A stretch of DNA of 56,815 nt, taken from Dehalococcoidia bacterium. Its GTDB lineage: Bacteria; Chloroflexota; Dehalococcoidia; Lucifugimonadales; GCA-2717565. Shown here piece by piece: positions 12,054 to 20,769 of the stretch; the stretch's first letter is position 1; each line of letters begins with the position of its first letter. Both the position numbers and the translations under genes were made by a program. The stretch lies in assembly GCA_009692865.1 (NCBI GenBank), contig SHYH01000003.1, positions 1 to 56,815 of the forward strand, given 5' to 3'. The notes below the pieces were generated by a model. It saw only the letters and a list, made by a program, of their open reading frames with translations. It had not been told where the DNA came from and did not search any database.

Positions 12054-13064
12054 TCAGGAAACTATTGGTCTGCCCGTAGGTGGCCGTGGGTCGAAGCCCA
12101 GATAACGGACGGCGAACTCCAAATTGGCTGGGCCTATTCTCCCGAGGCAGTCGGTGGCGCAATCTCTAGGTACTACCAACCCCTCGCCATACAGGTACCT
12201 TGTGGCGTCGCAGATCACCACATGCCTAGCGAATGAGATCTTTGCCGATGAGAAGTCGCTGCGGCGTCTTCCGCCGTCCTCTCGATCTAGCCTGCGCTCT
12301 ACCCTCAACAGAACGCTAGGAGACAAGGGCACGAAGTAGGTAAGAGAGGCGAAAGCGGCCCCTTCCCACCACGGGCGAACTGGATTCAAGTAACCTGCCA
12401 CTGGATTGTCTGAGGTGTACAGCGGTATCGAATCTGGTGCGAGGCCTATGCGCCAGGGCGCAACCCGTAGTAGATTGGCGAACCCCTGCACCTCACTCAG
12501 CATGAACGTGGCGGTCTCAGCTGGCTGTTGTGGCTCTGATTCGTTGAACCACCAGTGATCGGGCTTGCTCTTCATCTCGTCCCAGATGGCCTCAGCCTCC
12601 TCCTTACTGTGCTGATGATAGACCTGATCTCTAACCATGTCCTTGATTTGTGGAAACATGGATATGACAATGCTCTCATGCCGGTCTCGGAACGCAGGGA
12701 TGCAGAAGCTAACGGCGACAATGAACCTGGCGATGTAGAACTCTTCATCGACGAACAGAGACGTGATGCTGTCAGGGTCGTGGATCAGCTTTCCCATGAC
12801 AGGTGCAGCCTGTCCTTCAAGCTTAGCGAGCCAGTCTTCTGTGGACAAGCGAACACCTTCAAGAACGACATCGTTGAAGCGGGTCTCTAACCCAACATTC
12901 ACGGTTGACGTTCTGTACTCGTTACCGCCATTTTCGAGATCAACCACCCGAATCTTCCCGTCTACACCTGTGAACGCACGCAGTAGCACCTGAGGCACAT
13001 AGTGCTGGCGCTTCACCTCTGTCGGGCTTAGGTTCGGTTCGTTCCAAAACTTGCGGGTGGTCAC
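12054..13064 (-). CDS. DUF4238-like protein
   Basis: N-terminal RQHYVPQ..L..F, E..LAKLE, TSDNPV and F.PLSP motifs; visibly lower GC than flanks. Confidence 0.8.
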   Translation of the reverse strand: MTTRKFWNEPNLSPTEVKRQHYVPQVLLRAFTGVDGKIRVVDLENGGNEYRTSTVNVGLETRFNDVVLEGVRLSTEDWLAKLEGQAAPVMGKLIHDPDSITSLFVDEEFYIARFIVAVSFCIPAFRDRHESIVISMFPQIKDMVRDQVYHQHSKEEAEAIWDEMKSKPDHWWFNESEPQQPAETATFMLSEVQGFANLLRVAPWRIGLAPDSIPLYTSDNPVAGYLNPVRPWWEGAAFASLTYFVPLSPSVLLRVERRLDREDGGRRRSDFSSAKISFARHVVICDATRYLYGEGLVVPRDCATDCLGRIGPANLEFAVRYLGFDPRPPTGRPIVS

Positions 13065-13096
13065 TTATCGACTCTGCGCTAAGACTATTGTGTACC

Positions 13097-13122
13097 TGGT
13101 GGGCCTCTGTGGACTCGAACCA
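13097..13122 (-). repeat. tRNA 3'-end fragment (T-arm, acceptor strand, CCA); att-like
   Basis: Minus strand TGGTTCGAGTCCACAGAGGCCCACCA with no 5' tRNA half upstream. Confidence 0.8.
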
Positions 13123-13152
13123 GGGGGGCCAACGGGTTAGATGCTGGCCGGT

Positions 13153-13371
13153 CTACAGCTCCTCCCACGTCTTCCTGTCGATGCCTGCCTGTCGCAGAAT
13201 CCGGACAAGCAGGTCAAGGCTAATGTCACCCTGATGAGAACCAGGAAGGCGAAGCCTGATCACACCCTTGATCATGAACTGGTGCCTGCCACCGATGTAC
13301 GGCCCCGAGAACCCTGCCAGCCGCAGACAGCGGATGAGATCGCCACGCCCAATCGGGCGAAAGCGCGGCAT
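13153..13371 (-). CDS. hicA: HicA-family toxin
   Basis: 72 aa, L..AGF...GGRH.FM.K....P..H..DI...L..ILRQAGI. Confidence 0.9.
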   Translation of the reverse strand: MPRFRPIGRGDLIRCLRLAGFSGPYIGGRHQFMIKGVIRLRLPGSHQGDISLDLLVRILRQAGIDRKTWEEL

Positions 13372-13613
13372 CAGGAGACGAGCTTGACGCTAAGGTCCAT
13401 GCCATCAACCACCGGAAGCGGGAGATCCCTGGAGATGCTCAATAACACCCATCCTTCTAAAACCTCCCGAAGCTCCTCACGGCAGGCCTCGAGTGTCACG
13501 CCTGTGGCATACACGCCAGGGACGTCGGGGATCTCGCCATAATAGGTGCGATCTTCAGGCAGAATCTCGTAGGCGGCACGGCCCATCAATGCCTGGATGT
13601 ATTCAGTAAGCAC
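13371..13613 (-). CDS. hicB: HicB-family antitoxin (short, no DNA-binding domain)
   Basis: YYGEIPDVPGVYATG.TLE.CREEL.EVLEGW; 1-nt overlap with hicA. Confidence 0.9.
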   Translation of the reverse strand: MLTEYIQALMGRAAYEILPEDRTYYGEIPDVPGVYATGVTLEACREELREVLEGWVLLSISRDLPLPVVDGMDLSVKLVS

Positions 13614-13687
13614 GGTTCACCTTCCTATGGGCCAGGGGTACCACTAACGCCTCTGCTCAAGGGACTCCCTCTCACCACTCTACACTT

Positions 13688-13763
13688 TGGTGGGCCGTCA
13701 GGGACTCGAACCCTGGACACCCGGATTAAAAGCCCAATGCTCTACCAACTGAGCTAACAACTC
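13688..13763 (-). tRNA. tRNA-Lys(UUU) with weak acceptor and anticodon stems
   Basis: 76 nt GAGTTGTTAGCTCAGTTGGTAGAGCATTGGGCTTTTAATCCGGGTGTCCAGGGTTCGAGTCCCTGACGGCCCACCA; canonical D- and T-arms, CCA encoded. Confidence 0.85.
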
Positions 13764-13774
13764 GCCGTGCCTGC

Positions 13775-13803
13775 ATGGTAGCAGAGGGTATGGACAGATA
13801 CAA
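13775..13803 (-). promoter_or_regulatory. Sigma70-like promoter of the tRNA
   Basis: TTGTAT-17 nt-TACCAT about 12 nt upstream of tRNA 5' end. Confidence 0.6.
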
Positions 13804-13804
13804 G

Positions 13805-13950
13805 GACGCCGCTTTCTAGGGCCAGGCCATCTGAGAGGTATCCCACACGGGTTCAGGGGGTTCGAGCGGACTTGCAGGTTGAAACCTTCGGGGGACACCG
13901 CCGCCTAAAGGGGGTGGCATGATGCCCCCGCCTTCAGGCGGGGGTGGGAG
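13805..13950. mobile_element. IS200/IS605-type end remnant (non-autonomous)
   Basis: Hairpin CCCCCGCCTTCAGGCGGGGG and related ACCGCCGCCTAAAGGGGGTGG resemble IS200/IS605 subterminal hairpins; no transposase. Confidence 0.5.
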
Positions 13951-14063
13951 ACCTGAATGAAGCTAGAGCGACTCTCATTCCAGGACACGTTGTGGCATGC
14001 TCCCGTTGCGGGTACAATGGGTGCGCACAAAGAGACCCGCCGACCAAGGGAAGGAGGTCCACG

Positions 14064-15716
14064 ATGAGCGACAGCAAACGTGAGTGGCAAGAGAAGGTGT
14101 TGGCGCCCCAACTGAAGCGAGGGGCGGAGCGCCAGCCTGTGTTCCAGACAGATTCGGGGATAGGGCTAGACCCCCTCTACACCCCTGAGAACATGACGGG
14201 GTTTGACTACGGCGCCAAGGCGGGCTACCCGGGGGAGTACCCGTTCACCCGCGGCGTTCAGCCCAACATGTACCGGGGCCGCTTCTGGACCATGCGCCAG
14301 TACTCGGGATACGCCACAGCCAGGGAGTCCAACCGTCGCTATCGCTACCTGCTGGCGCAAGGGCAGACGGGGCTCTCCGTGGCCTTCGACCTGCCTACCC
14401 AGACCGGCCTTGACTCGGACAACCCTGTGGCCAAGGGGGAGGTGGGCCGAGTGGGTGTGGCCATCGACACCCTGAGGGACATGGAGGTCCTCTTCGAGAG
14501 CATCCCCCTGGACAAGGTCAGCACCTCCATGACCATCAACGCCACGGGCTCCATCCTCCTGGCCCTCTACCTGGGCGTGGCCAAGAAGCAGGGGGTGTCC
14601 TTTGACAAGGTGAACGGCACCACCCAGAACGACATCCTCAAGGAGTACATCGCCCGCGGCACCTACATCTTCCCGCCCAAGCCGTCCCTGCGCCTCATCA
14701 CCGACGTCTTCTCTTACTGCACCGACAACGTCCCCCAGTGGAACACCATCAGCATCAGTGGCTACCACATGCGCGAGGCCGGGGCCACGGCGGTCCAGGA
14801 GCTGGCCTTCACCTTCTCCGACGCCATCGCCTACGTGGAGGCGGCCCTGGCGGCGGGCATGGACATCGACTCCTTCGGCCCTCGCCTCTCCTTCTTCTTC
14901 GTGGCCCAGAACAACCTGCTGGAGGAGGTCGCCAAGTTCCGGGCCGCCCGACGCATATGGGCAAAGATCATGCGAGAGCGGTTTGGCGCCAAGAACCCCC
15001 GCTCCTGGATGCTGCGCTTCCACACCCAGACGGCGGGCGCGGCTCTGACGGCCCAGCAGCCCGACAACAACACCATTCGCACCACCATCCAGGCCCTGGC
15101 GGCGATCCTGGGAGGCACCCAGTCCCTCCACGTCAACTCCAGGGACGAGGCTCTCGCTCTTCCCACCGAGGAGTCGGCCCTGCTTTCGCTGCGGACGCAA
15201 CAGGTCATCGCCTACGAGAGCGGTGTGGCCGACACGGTGGACCCCCTAGCAGGCTCCTACATGGTGGAGGCCCTGACGGACAGGCTGGAGGAGGAGGCTC
15301 TCAAGCTCATCGAGAAGACAGACAAGATGGGTGGCGCCCTGGCAGCCCTGGCCGAGGGGTACCAGTCCCGCGAGATTAACGAGAGCGCCTGGCGCTATCA
15401 ACAGGAGATCGAGAGCAAGCAGCGCATCGTGGTGGGGGTGAACGACTTCATCTCCGAAACGCCCCCCGTCAAGAACCTGTTGAAGGTGGACCGCGAGCAG
15501 GAGCGCCAGCAAATCGAGGGCCTGCACGCCGTCCGCCGCGAGCGGGACAACCAGCGGGTGAAGGCTGCCCTCAAGCGTCTGGAGGAGGTGGCGCGCGGCA
15601 CCGAGAACACCATGCCCGCCATCCTGGAGTGCGTGGAGGCCTATGCTTCCATCGGCGAGATGTGCGACGTGCTGCGGGGCGTCTGGGGCGAGCAGCGGGA
15701 GTACGCGTTCTTCTAA
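14064..15716 (+). CDS. Methylmalonyl-CoA mutase, substrate-binding (N-terminal) subunit
   Basis: [15 protein letters not shown] (Tyr), [18 protein letters not shown] (Arg), ISISGYH; the Tyr/Arg pair is typical of methylmalonyl specificity. Confidence 0.95.
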   Translation: MSDSKREWQEKVLAPQLKRGAERQPVFQTDSGIGLDPLYTPENMTGFDYGAKAGYPGEYPFTRGVQPNMYRGRFWTMRQYSGYATARESNRRYRYLLAQGQTGLSVAFDLPTQTGLDSDNPVAKGEVGRVGVAIDTLRDMEVLFESIPLDKVSTSMTINATGSILLALYLGVAKKQGVSFDKVNGTTQNDILKEYIARGTYIFPPKPSLRLITDVFSYCTDNVPQWNTISISGYHMREAGATAVQELAFTFSDAIAYVEAALAAGMDIDSFGPRLSFFFVAQNNLLEEVAKFRAARRIWAKIMRERFGAKNPRSWMLRFHTQTAGAALTAQQPDNNTIRTTIQALAAILGGTQSLHVNSRDEALALPTEESALLSLRTQQVIAYESGVADTVDPLAGSYMVEALTDRLEEEALKLIEKTDKMGGALAALAEGYQSREINESAWRYQQEIESKQRIVVGVNDFISETPPVKNLLKVDREQERQQIEGLHAVRRERDNQRVKAALKRLEEVARGTENTMPAILECVEAYASIGEMCDVLRGVWGEQREYAFF

Positions 15717-15738
15717 AACTATGTTATCGAGGTGAACC

Positions 15739-16161
15739 GTGACGCAACAGCAGGTGTGTACGGCCAAGCACATGGACCACACGGCCATCGTGGTGAAGGA
15801 CCTGGAGGCCACGCTGAGGTTCTACGAGCAGACCTTCGGGGTCAAGGGCGGAGAGGTGACGGAGATCGCTGAGCAGGGGGTGAAGGCGGTCCTCATCCCC
15901 ATCGGGCACACGGAGTTGGAGCTCATCCAGCCCATTAACACCACCTCCGGCGTGGCCCGCTTCCTGGAGCAGCGGGGTGGCGATGCCCTCCACCACATCT
16001 GCTTCGAGGTGGACGACATCAAGGGCAAGCTGCGCCTCCTGGAGGCCCGGGGCGTGCAGCTCGTTGATAAGGAGCCCCGTCGCGGGCTGGCGGGCATGAT
16101 TGGGTTCCTCCACCCCCGCTCGACGGGTGGCATATTGATCGAGCTGGCAGAGAAGGTGTAG
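15739..16161 (+). CDS. mce: Methylmalonyl-CoA epimerase
   Basis: VOC fold DH.AI.V, LELIQP, LHHICFEV, FLHP.STGGILIEL; lies between mutase subunits. Confidence 0.93.
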   Translation: MTQQQVCTAKHMDHTAIVVKDLEATLRFYEQTFGVKGGEVTEIAEQGVKAVLIPIGHTELELIQPINTTSGVARFLEQRGGDALHHICFEVDDIKGKLRLLEARGVQLVDKEPRRGLAGMIGFLHPRSTGGILIELAEKV

Positions 16162-16180
16162 GGGGAGTGGCTTCCCCTAC
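16158..16180. repeat. GTAG-type REP-like hairpin overlapping mce stop
   Basis: GTAGGGG-GAGTGGCTT-CCCCTAC. Confidence 0.5.
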
Positions 16181-16216
16181 GGTTTTTCAAGAATAAAGTG
16201 AGGAGTAGGTGATGCC

Positions 16217-16642
16217 ATGACGACTGCACAGGATGTGATTCGGGTGCTGGTAGCCAAGCCCGGCCTTGACGGCCACGACCGGGGCGCCAAGGTCATTGCG
16301 CGGGCCCTGCGGGACGCCGGCATGGAGGTGATTTACACCGGCATCCGGCAGACGCCTCAGATGATCGTTGCGGCCGCGGTCCAGGAGGACGTGAACGTGA
16401 TAGGGCTCAGCATCCTCTCGGGGGCCCACATGGAGCTGTTTCCCACCATTCTCCAGGGCCTGCAGGAGAACGGCATGGGCGACGTCATCGTCCTCGCCGG
16501 GGGGATCATCCCCGAGGACGACCTTCCCGCCCTGAAGGCGATGGGGATTGGGGCTGTCTTTGGCCCTGGCTCCTCCACACGGGACATCATCGCCTTCATC
16601 CGCCAGGCCATGGGCGAAAAGGGAAAGAAGGCCTCCGCCTAG
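16217..16642 (+). CDS. Methylmalonyl-CoA mutase cobalamin-binding subunit
   Basis: [12 protein letters not shown] (DxHxxG), [18 protein letters not shown]. Confidence 0.95.
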   Translation: MTTAQDVIRVLVAKPGLDGHDRGAKVIARALRDAGMEVIYTGIRQTPQMIVAAAVQEDVNVIGLSILSGAHMELFPTILQGLQENGMGDVIVLAGGIIPEDDLPALKAMGIGAVFGPGSSTRDIIAFIRQAMGEKGKKASA

Positions 16643-16831
16643 GTATCTGCGCCCCGCCCTATCGCTGCCTTTGAAAAAGGAGGGCCAGCATTGCAGCGCT
16701 GGCCCTCCTGCTGTTTAGGTGGGTCGTGGTCAGCTATCGTCTCCAGGCTACTCTTCGTCCCCTTCTCTTGTAAGGCCCATTGTTTGTGGGTATAATCAAT
16801 GTGATGAAACCAAGCCCACTGAGGCAAAAGG

Positions 16832-17095
16832 ATGCGGACTCACCTAATCATATCGGAGGAGCTGCTCAGGCAGATAGATGCCACGGTAGGCAAGCGAAGG
16901 CGAAGCCGGTTTGTTGAGGAGGCGGTGCGGGAAAAGTTGAGAAGGGAGATGTTGGTCGCCGCGCTCTCCTCAACGGCGGGGCTTCTCTCCGCTGAAGCCC
17001 ACCCCGAGTGGGGCACCCCAGACGAGGTGGCAACTTGGGTGAGGGAGTCCCGGCGCCGGGACGAGCAGCGCTTGGGGAGTCCTACCCGTGGCTAA
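16832..17095 (+). CDS. vapB: VapB-like antitoxin (RHH/CopG type)
   Basis: MRTH..I.EEL...ID..VG.R.RSRFVEEAV; overlaps PIN gene. Confidence 0.8.
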   Translation: MRTHLIISEELLRQIDATVGKRRRSRFVEEAVREKLRREMLVAALSSTAGLLSAEAHPEWGTPDEVATWVRESRRRDEQRLGSPTRG

Positions 17096-17474
17096 GTACG
17101 TCCTTGACACTACGGTGCTGATAGACCACTTGCAAGGCCGGAATGCGGTGGTGGAGCTCTTGGCTTCCCTGGCTGGTGAGGGTCACGAACTGGGGGTGTG
17201 TGATATCAACATTGCTGAGCTCTATGCAGGGTTGAGGCAGGACGAGCAGGCCCAAGCAGATCGTCTCATCGATAGCCTGAGCTACTTCGTGGTCACCTAC
17301 GAGCGTGCCAAGCAAGCAGGAGCCTATCGTTACAGCTACAATCGCCAGGGAACCCTTCTCACCATCGCTGATACGCTGGTTGCGGCCACGGCGGTGGGCG
17401 AGGGAGCCACGCTCATCACAGCCAACCGCAAAGACTTCCCTATGCCAGAGATCATACTCCTCCAGTCCCCATAG
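17088..17474 (+). CDS. vapC: VapC PIN-domain toxin
   Basis: YVLDTTVLID, AELYAG, D.LVAATA, T.N.KDF. Confidence 0.92.
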   Translation: MAKYVLDTTVLIDHLQGRNAVVELLASLAGEGHELGVCDINIAELYAGLRQDEQAQADRLIDSLSYFVVTYERAKQAGAYRYSYNRQGTLLTIADTLVAATAVGEGATLITANRKDFPMPEIILLQSP

Positions 17475-17645
17475 CCTGCAGGGAGGCACTGAGGTCAGAT
17501 GCCTTCCCGCTTTCTCACCTGGCCCCAAGTCAAAGGTTATGGCCCCCGAAACGTCGGCTCGCGCTTCTCGACAGACTCGGTAGCTAGGACTGGTCACTCG
17601 GTGTACAATAGGGACGTCCTAGCTACATCTCAGGGGAGGCGCCCG

Positions 17646-18371
17646 ATGCCCATTATTTCAGCCAAGGACCAGGAGTTCCTGCGCCAGCATCTGAGCCGCG
17701 AGCTCAAGAAGAAGACCAAGCTGACCCTCTTCACCCAAAAGGCCGGCGGCCTCACGATCCCGGGGAGGGAGTGCCGCTTCTGCGGAGAGACCCAGCAGCT
17801 CCTGGAAGAGTTGACGTCCCTATCGGACAAGCTGGAACTGGACGTTCGTGACTTCTACGCCGAGGCCGATGCCGCCAGAGAGTTGGGCGTGGACCGGGTT
17901 CCCACCATCCTCATGGGGAAGGATGGGCAACAGAACCTGCGGTTCATGGGCATCCCCAGGGGCAACGAGTTTCCCACCATACTCGAGGACCTGGTGTCGC
18001 TGTCCCAGGACACCAACCCCCTTCCTCCTCCGATTCGACGGCGTGTGGCCAGGATCCAGAAGGACATCCGCATTCAGGTGTTCGTGACGCCCACTTGACC
18101 CCACTGCCCTCGGATCGCCCGTGCGGCGCACGCAATGGCTATGGAGAACCCGAGAATCACCGCCGAGATCATCGAGGCCCAGGAGTTCCCCGACTTGGCC
18201 CGCCTCTATAACGTGATGGCGGTGCCCAAGACGGTGATCAACGGCACCGTCCAGTTCGTCGGCGCGGTGCCCGAGAAGACGCTGCTGAGGCGGGTGCTGG
18301 AGGCCATCGGGGAGGAGCTAGCAGGCGAGGATGAAAAGGAGGAGGGGGTAGGAGGCACCACGACCCTCTAG
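17646..18371 (+). CDS. Protein-disulfide oxidoreductase (two thioredoxin folds), selenoprotein with UGA at 18096-18098
   Basis: First site CRFC; second site FVTPT-TGA-PHC = UxxC. Frame continues through AMENPRI...EFPDLA..YNVMAVPK to stop 18371. Confidence 0.88.
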
Positions 18372-18403
18372 GTCTGTAGACAAACGAGCAGGTGTGTCAA
18401 CTT

Positions 18404-18431
18404 GTAGGGGCGATTCATGAATCGCCCCTAC
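18404..18431. repeat. GTAG-family REP palindrome
   Basis: Perfect 28-bp palindrome GTAGGGGCGATTCATGAATCGCCCCTAC. Confidence 0.8.
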
Positions 18432-18448
18432 TCCTTTCGACGGTGAAC

Positions 18449-19801
18449 ATGACGAAGATCTGGTTGCTTCGGTGGATTGCTCTGCTGGCACTGGCCTTGC
18501 TAGGGCCGCTCCTCGGAGGTGTCGAGTCTTCGCATGCCCAGGGCCAGGGTATCACCGTCACCACTCTTGAGGCGGTCAGCGAGTTCCCCAAGGGCATTCG
18601 ATTCCGCCTGGAGGTGGAGAGCCTCAGCCCTATCACCGAGGCGGCGTTGCGGTTCACGGTGAGTGACCAGCCCGTGCAACGCTCCTATCCCCTGGACATT
18701 GCGTCTCCAATTGCCAGGCTTCAGACCGAGGTCCTGGTGCGAACGGACACCTACGAGCGGTACATCCCTCCCGGGACCGACATTCACTACTTCTTGGAGG
18801 TCAAGGCCCAAGGTGGACAGGCCCTGACCACGGAGCCTCGTCAGTTCACCTACCTGGACGCTCGCTTCGAGTGGAAGGAGGAGCGGGAGGGCAAGGTGTC
18901 AGTCCTCTCCTACGGCCCTGGGAGCTCCCAGGCCGGCACTGTCCTGCGTACCGTGACGGCCACCCTCCAGGATATAGGGGCCTTGCTGGGGGTCACCCTG
19001 AATCGTCCTCTTCGCCTCGTGATGTACAACAGCGTATCCGACATGCTGGGCGCCCTTCCCCTGGCCAGCGAGGCCCTGACGCAGCAGTTGATCACGGAGG
19101 GCCAGGCCCATACCGCCGCGGGGGTCATCCTCCTGCTGGCCTCGGTCGGCAACGTGGTGGGCGTTGCCTCCCATGAGGTCACCCACGTCCTCATGTACGA
19201 CGCCGCCAACAACTCGTTCCACGCAATTCCCACCTGGCTGGACGAGGGGATGGCGGAGTACGGGAACAGGGAACCCGCATCGTCCGGCGATTACGACCGT
19301 GCGCTGGCGTCGGCGATCGCTCAGAACCGCCTGATCCCCTTCCGCCAACTGGCGGGTCGGCCAGGTCGGGCAGAGGACATCATCCTCCTCTATGGCCAAG
19401 GGAAGAGCTTTGTGGACTTCCTTGTCGAGACCTATAGGGCCGAGGCGTTGCGCAAGATGCTCGCCCTGTTCAAGGCAGGCGCGTCCCTGGACTCGGCCCT
19501 GCAGCAGGCCTACGGCGCGAGCCTGGACGAACTGGAGAACCGGTGGCGGCGCTCCCTGGGAGCCTCTCTCATTGCCGTGTCCCAGCCTGTCGTGCGGCCT
19601 TCGCCTGCTCCCATCCCGACCTTGCCTCCCCTCACGCTGGGCCTCTCCGCCCCTACACCCAAGGCAACGCCTCCAGGAAGCGCCGTCCAGGGAGGTGGCT
19701 TCACGTGTAGAAGGGCGCCAGGGGCCCGAGGAGTCCTGGACCTGTCCCTGGTGTTGCTGGGGATTGGGCTTGCCGGGCGGGCCGTGAGAGGCCGTCGGTA
19801 G
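18449..19801 (+). CDS. Secreted peptidase MA-family metalloprotease with C-terminal anchor
   Basis: Signal peptide, HEVTH + WLDEGMAEY zincin motif, Pro/Thr linker, GGG..C, TM helix, RGRR. Confidence 0.85.
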   Translation: MTKIWLLRWIALLALALLGPLLGGVESSHAQGQGITVTTLEAVSEFPKGIRFRLEVESLSPITEAALRFTVSDQPVQRSYPLDIASPIARLQTEVLVRTDTYERYIPPGTDIHYFLEVKAQGGQALTTEPRQFTYLDARFEWKEEREGKVSVLSYGPGSSQAGTVLRTVTATLQDIGALLGVTLNRPLRLVMYNSVSDMLGALPLASEALTQQLITEGQAHTAAGVILLLASVGNVVGVASHEVTHVLMYDAANNSFHAIPTWLDEGMAEYGNREPASSGDYDRALASAIAQNRLIPFRQLAGRPGRAEDIILLYGQGKSFVDFLVETYRAEALRKMLALFKAGASLDSALQQAYGASLDELENRWRRSLGASLIAVSQPVVRPSPAPIPTLPPLTLGLSAPTPKATPPGSAVQGGGFTCRRAPGARGVLDLSLVLLGIGLAGRAVRGRR

Positions 19802-19806
19802 CAGCT

Positions 19807-20769
19807 TCAGCGGGTCCTGGGGTTGAAGACGTCGTTGAGGGCGTCTCCCAGCAGGTTGAAGGCGAAGATAAGCAGGGCTACCACGAGGACCGGCGCCAGG
19901 AGCAGGTGCGGGTTGCTGCGGAGCACGTCCAGGCTGCCGTTCTCGAAGATCATGTTTCCCAGGCTTGGGTTCGGGGGCTGAACGCCGATGCCCAGCCAGC
20001 TCAGGACCACCTCGGCCCCCACAACGGAGCCCATGCTCATGGACACGGCCACAACGATGGGCGGGAGGGCGTTGGGCAGCAGGTGCACCAAGAGGATGCG
20101 GGGCGTGCTGGCGCCTATGGCAACGGCCGCCGTGGTGAACTCCTGCTCCCGAAGGAAGAGGACCTGACCCCGGACCAGGCGCGCCATGCCCACCCAGGAG
20201 AAGAGGGCCAGGGCCCCGAACACCACCAGATAGTCCACCACTCCCAAGCGCACCAGCCCCTCGATCCCCGTAGCGCTCTCGAGCGAGCGGACCCACCCCT
20301 CGACCCGGGGCTTCACGGTGGCGGCGATGAGGATGACGAGAAGGATGCTGGGGAAGGCCAGGAACACCTCGCCGATGCGCATGAGCAAGGTGTCCACTTT
20401 GCCACCCCAGTACCCCGCCGCCAGTCCCGCCGCCACACCCAGCACAAGGCTCCCTGTGGCAAGGGAGGCTACGGTAACAATAACGGTGGTCCGAAGGCCA
20501 TAGATGATGCGGCTCAGGATGTCCCTGCCAAGGCGATCGGTCCCCAGGGGATGGCTGAGAGAGGCGGGCGCCAGGGTGTGGGAAAGGTCCTGCGCTCGGT
20601 AGTTGTAGGGCGCCACCAGGGGGGCAAGGGCGCCGCTGCCGTAGAGCAGGACGATGGTCAGAAGACAGGCCACCGCCACCCTCTTCCTGAGCAAACGGGC
20701 CAGCAGGGAACGCGAGAAGCCCCTACGTCGCCCAACGTACTGCGTAGTCTCGCGAGCCCTCACGGTCAT
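19807..20769 (-). CDS. oppC: Peptide ABC transporter permease (OppC/DppC)
   Basis: HPLGTDRLGRDILSRI.YG, ARLVRGQ, EF..AA.A.GA. Confidence 0.93.
   Translation of the reverse strand: MTVRARETTQYVGRRRGFSRSLLARLLRKRVAVACLLTIVLLYGSGALAPLVAPYNYRAQDLSHTLAPASLSHPLGTDRLGRDILSRIIYGLRTTVIVTVASLATGSLVLGVAAGLAAGYWGGKVDTLLMRIGEVFLAFPSILLVILIAATVKPRVEGWVRSLESATGIEGLVRLGVVDYLVVFGALALFSWVGMARLVRGQVLFLREQEFTTAAVAIGASTPRILLVHLLPNALPPIVVAVSMSMGSVVGAEVVLSWLGIGVQPPNPSLGNMIFENGSLDVLRSNPHLLLAPVLVVALLIFAFNLLGDALNDVFNPRTR

Noticed and set aside
13097-13140. Second complete tRNA gene
   Set aside because: Only the T-arm and acceptor 3' strand exist; no D-arm or anticodon arm upstream
13950-14063. Cobalamin riboswitch before the mutase (also before pduO)
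   Set aside because: No B12-box or GGGAA/GCCACTG core seen
14064-15716. Isobutyryl- or 2-hydroxyisobutyryl-CoA mutase
   Set aside because: Specificity positions are Tyr (RQY) and Arg (IARG), and an epimerase is adjacent, favouring methylmalonyl-CoA
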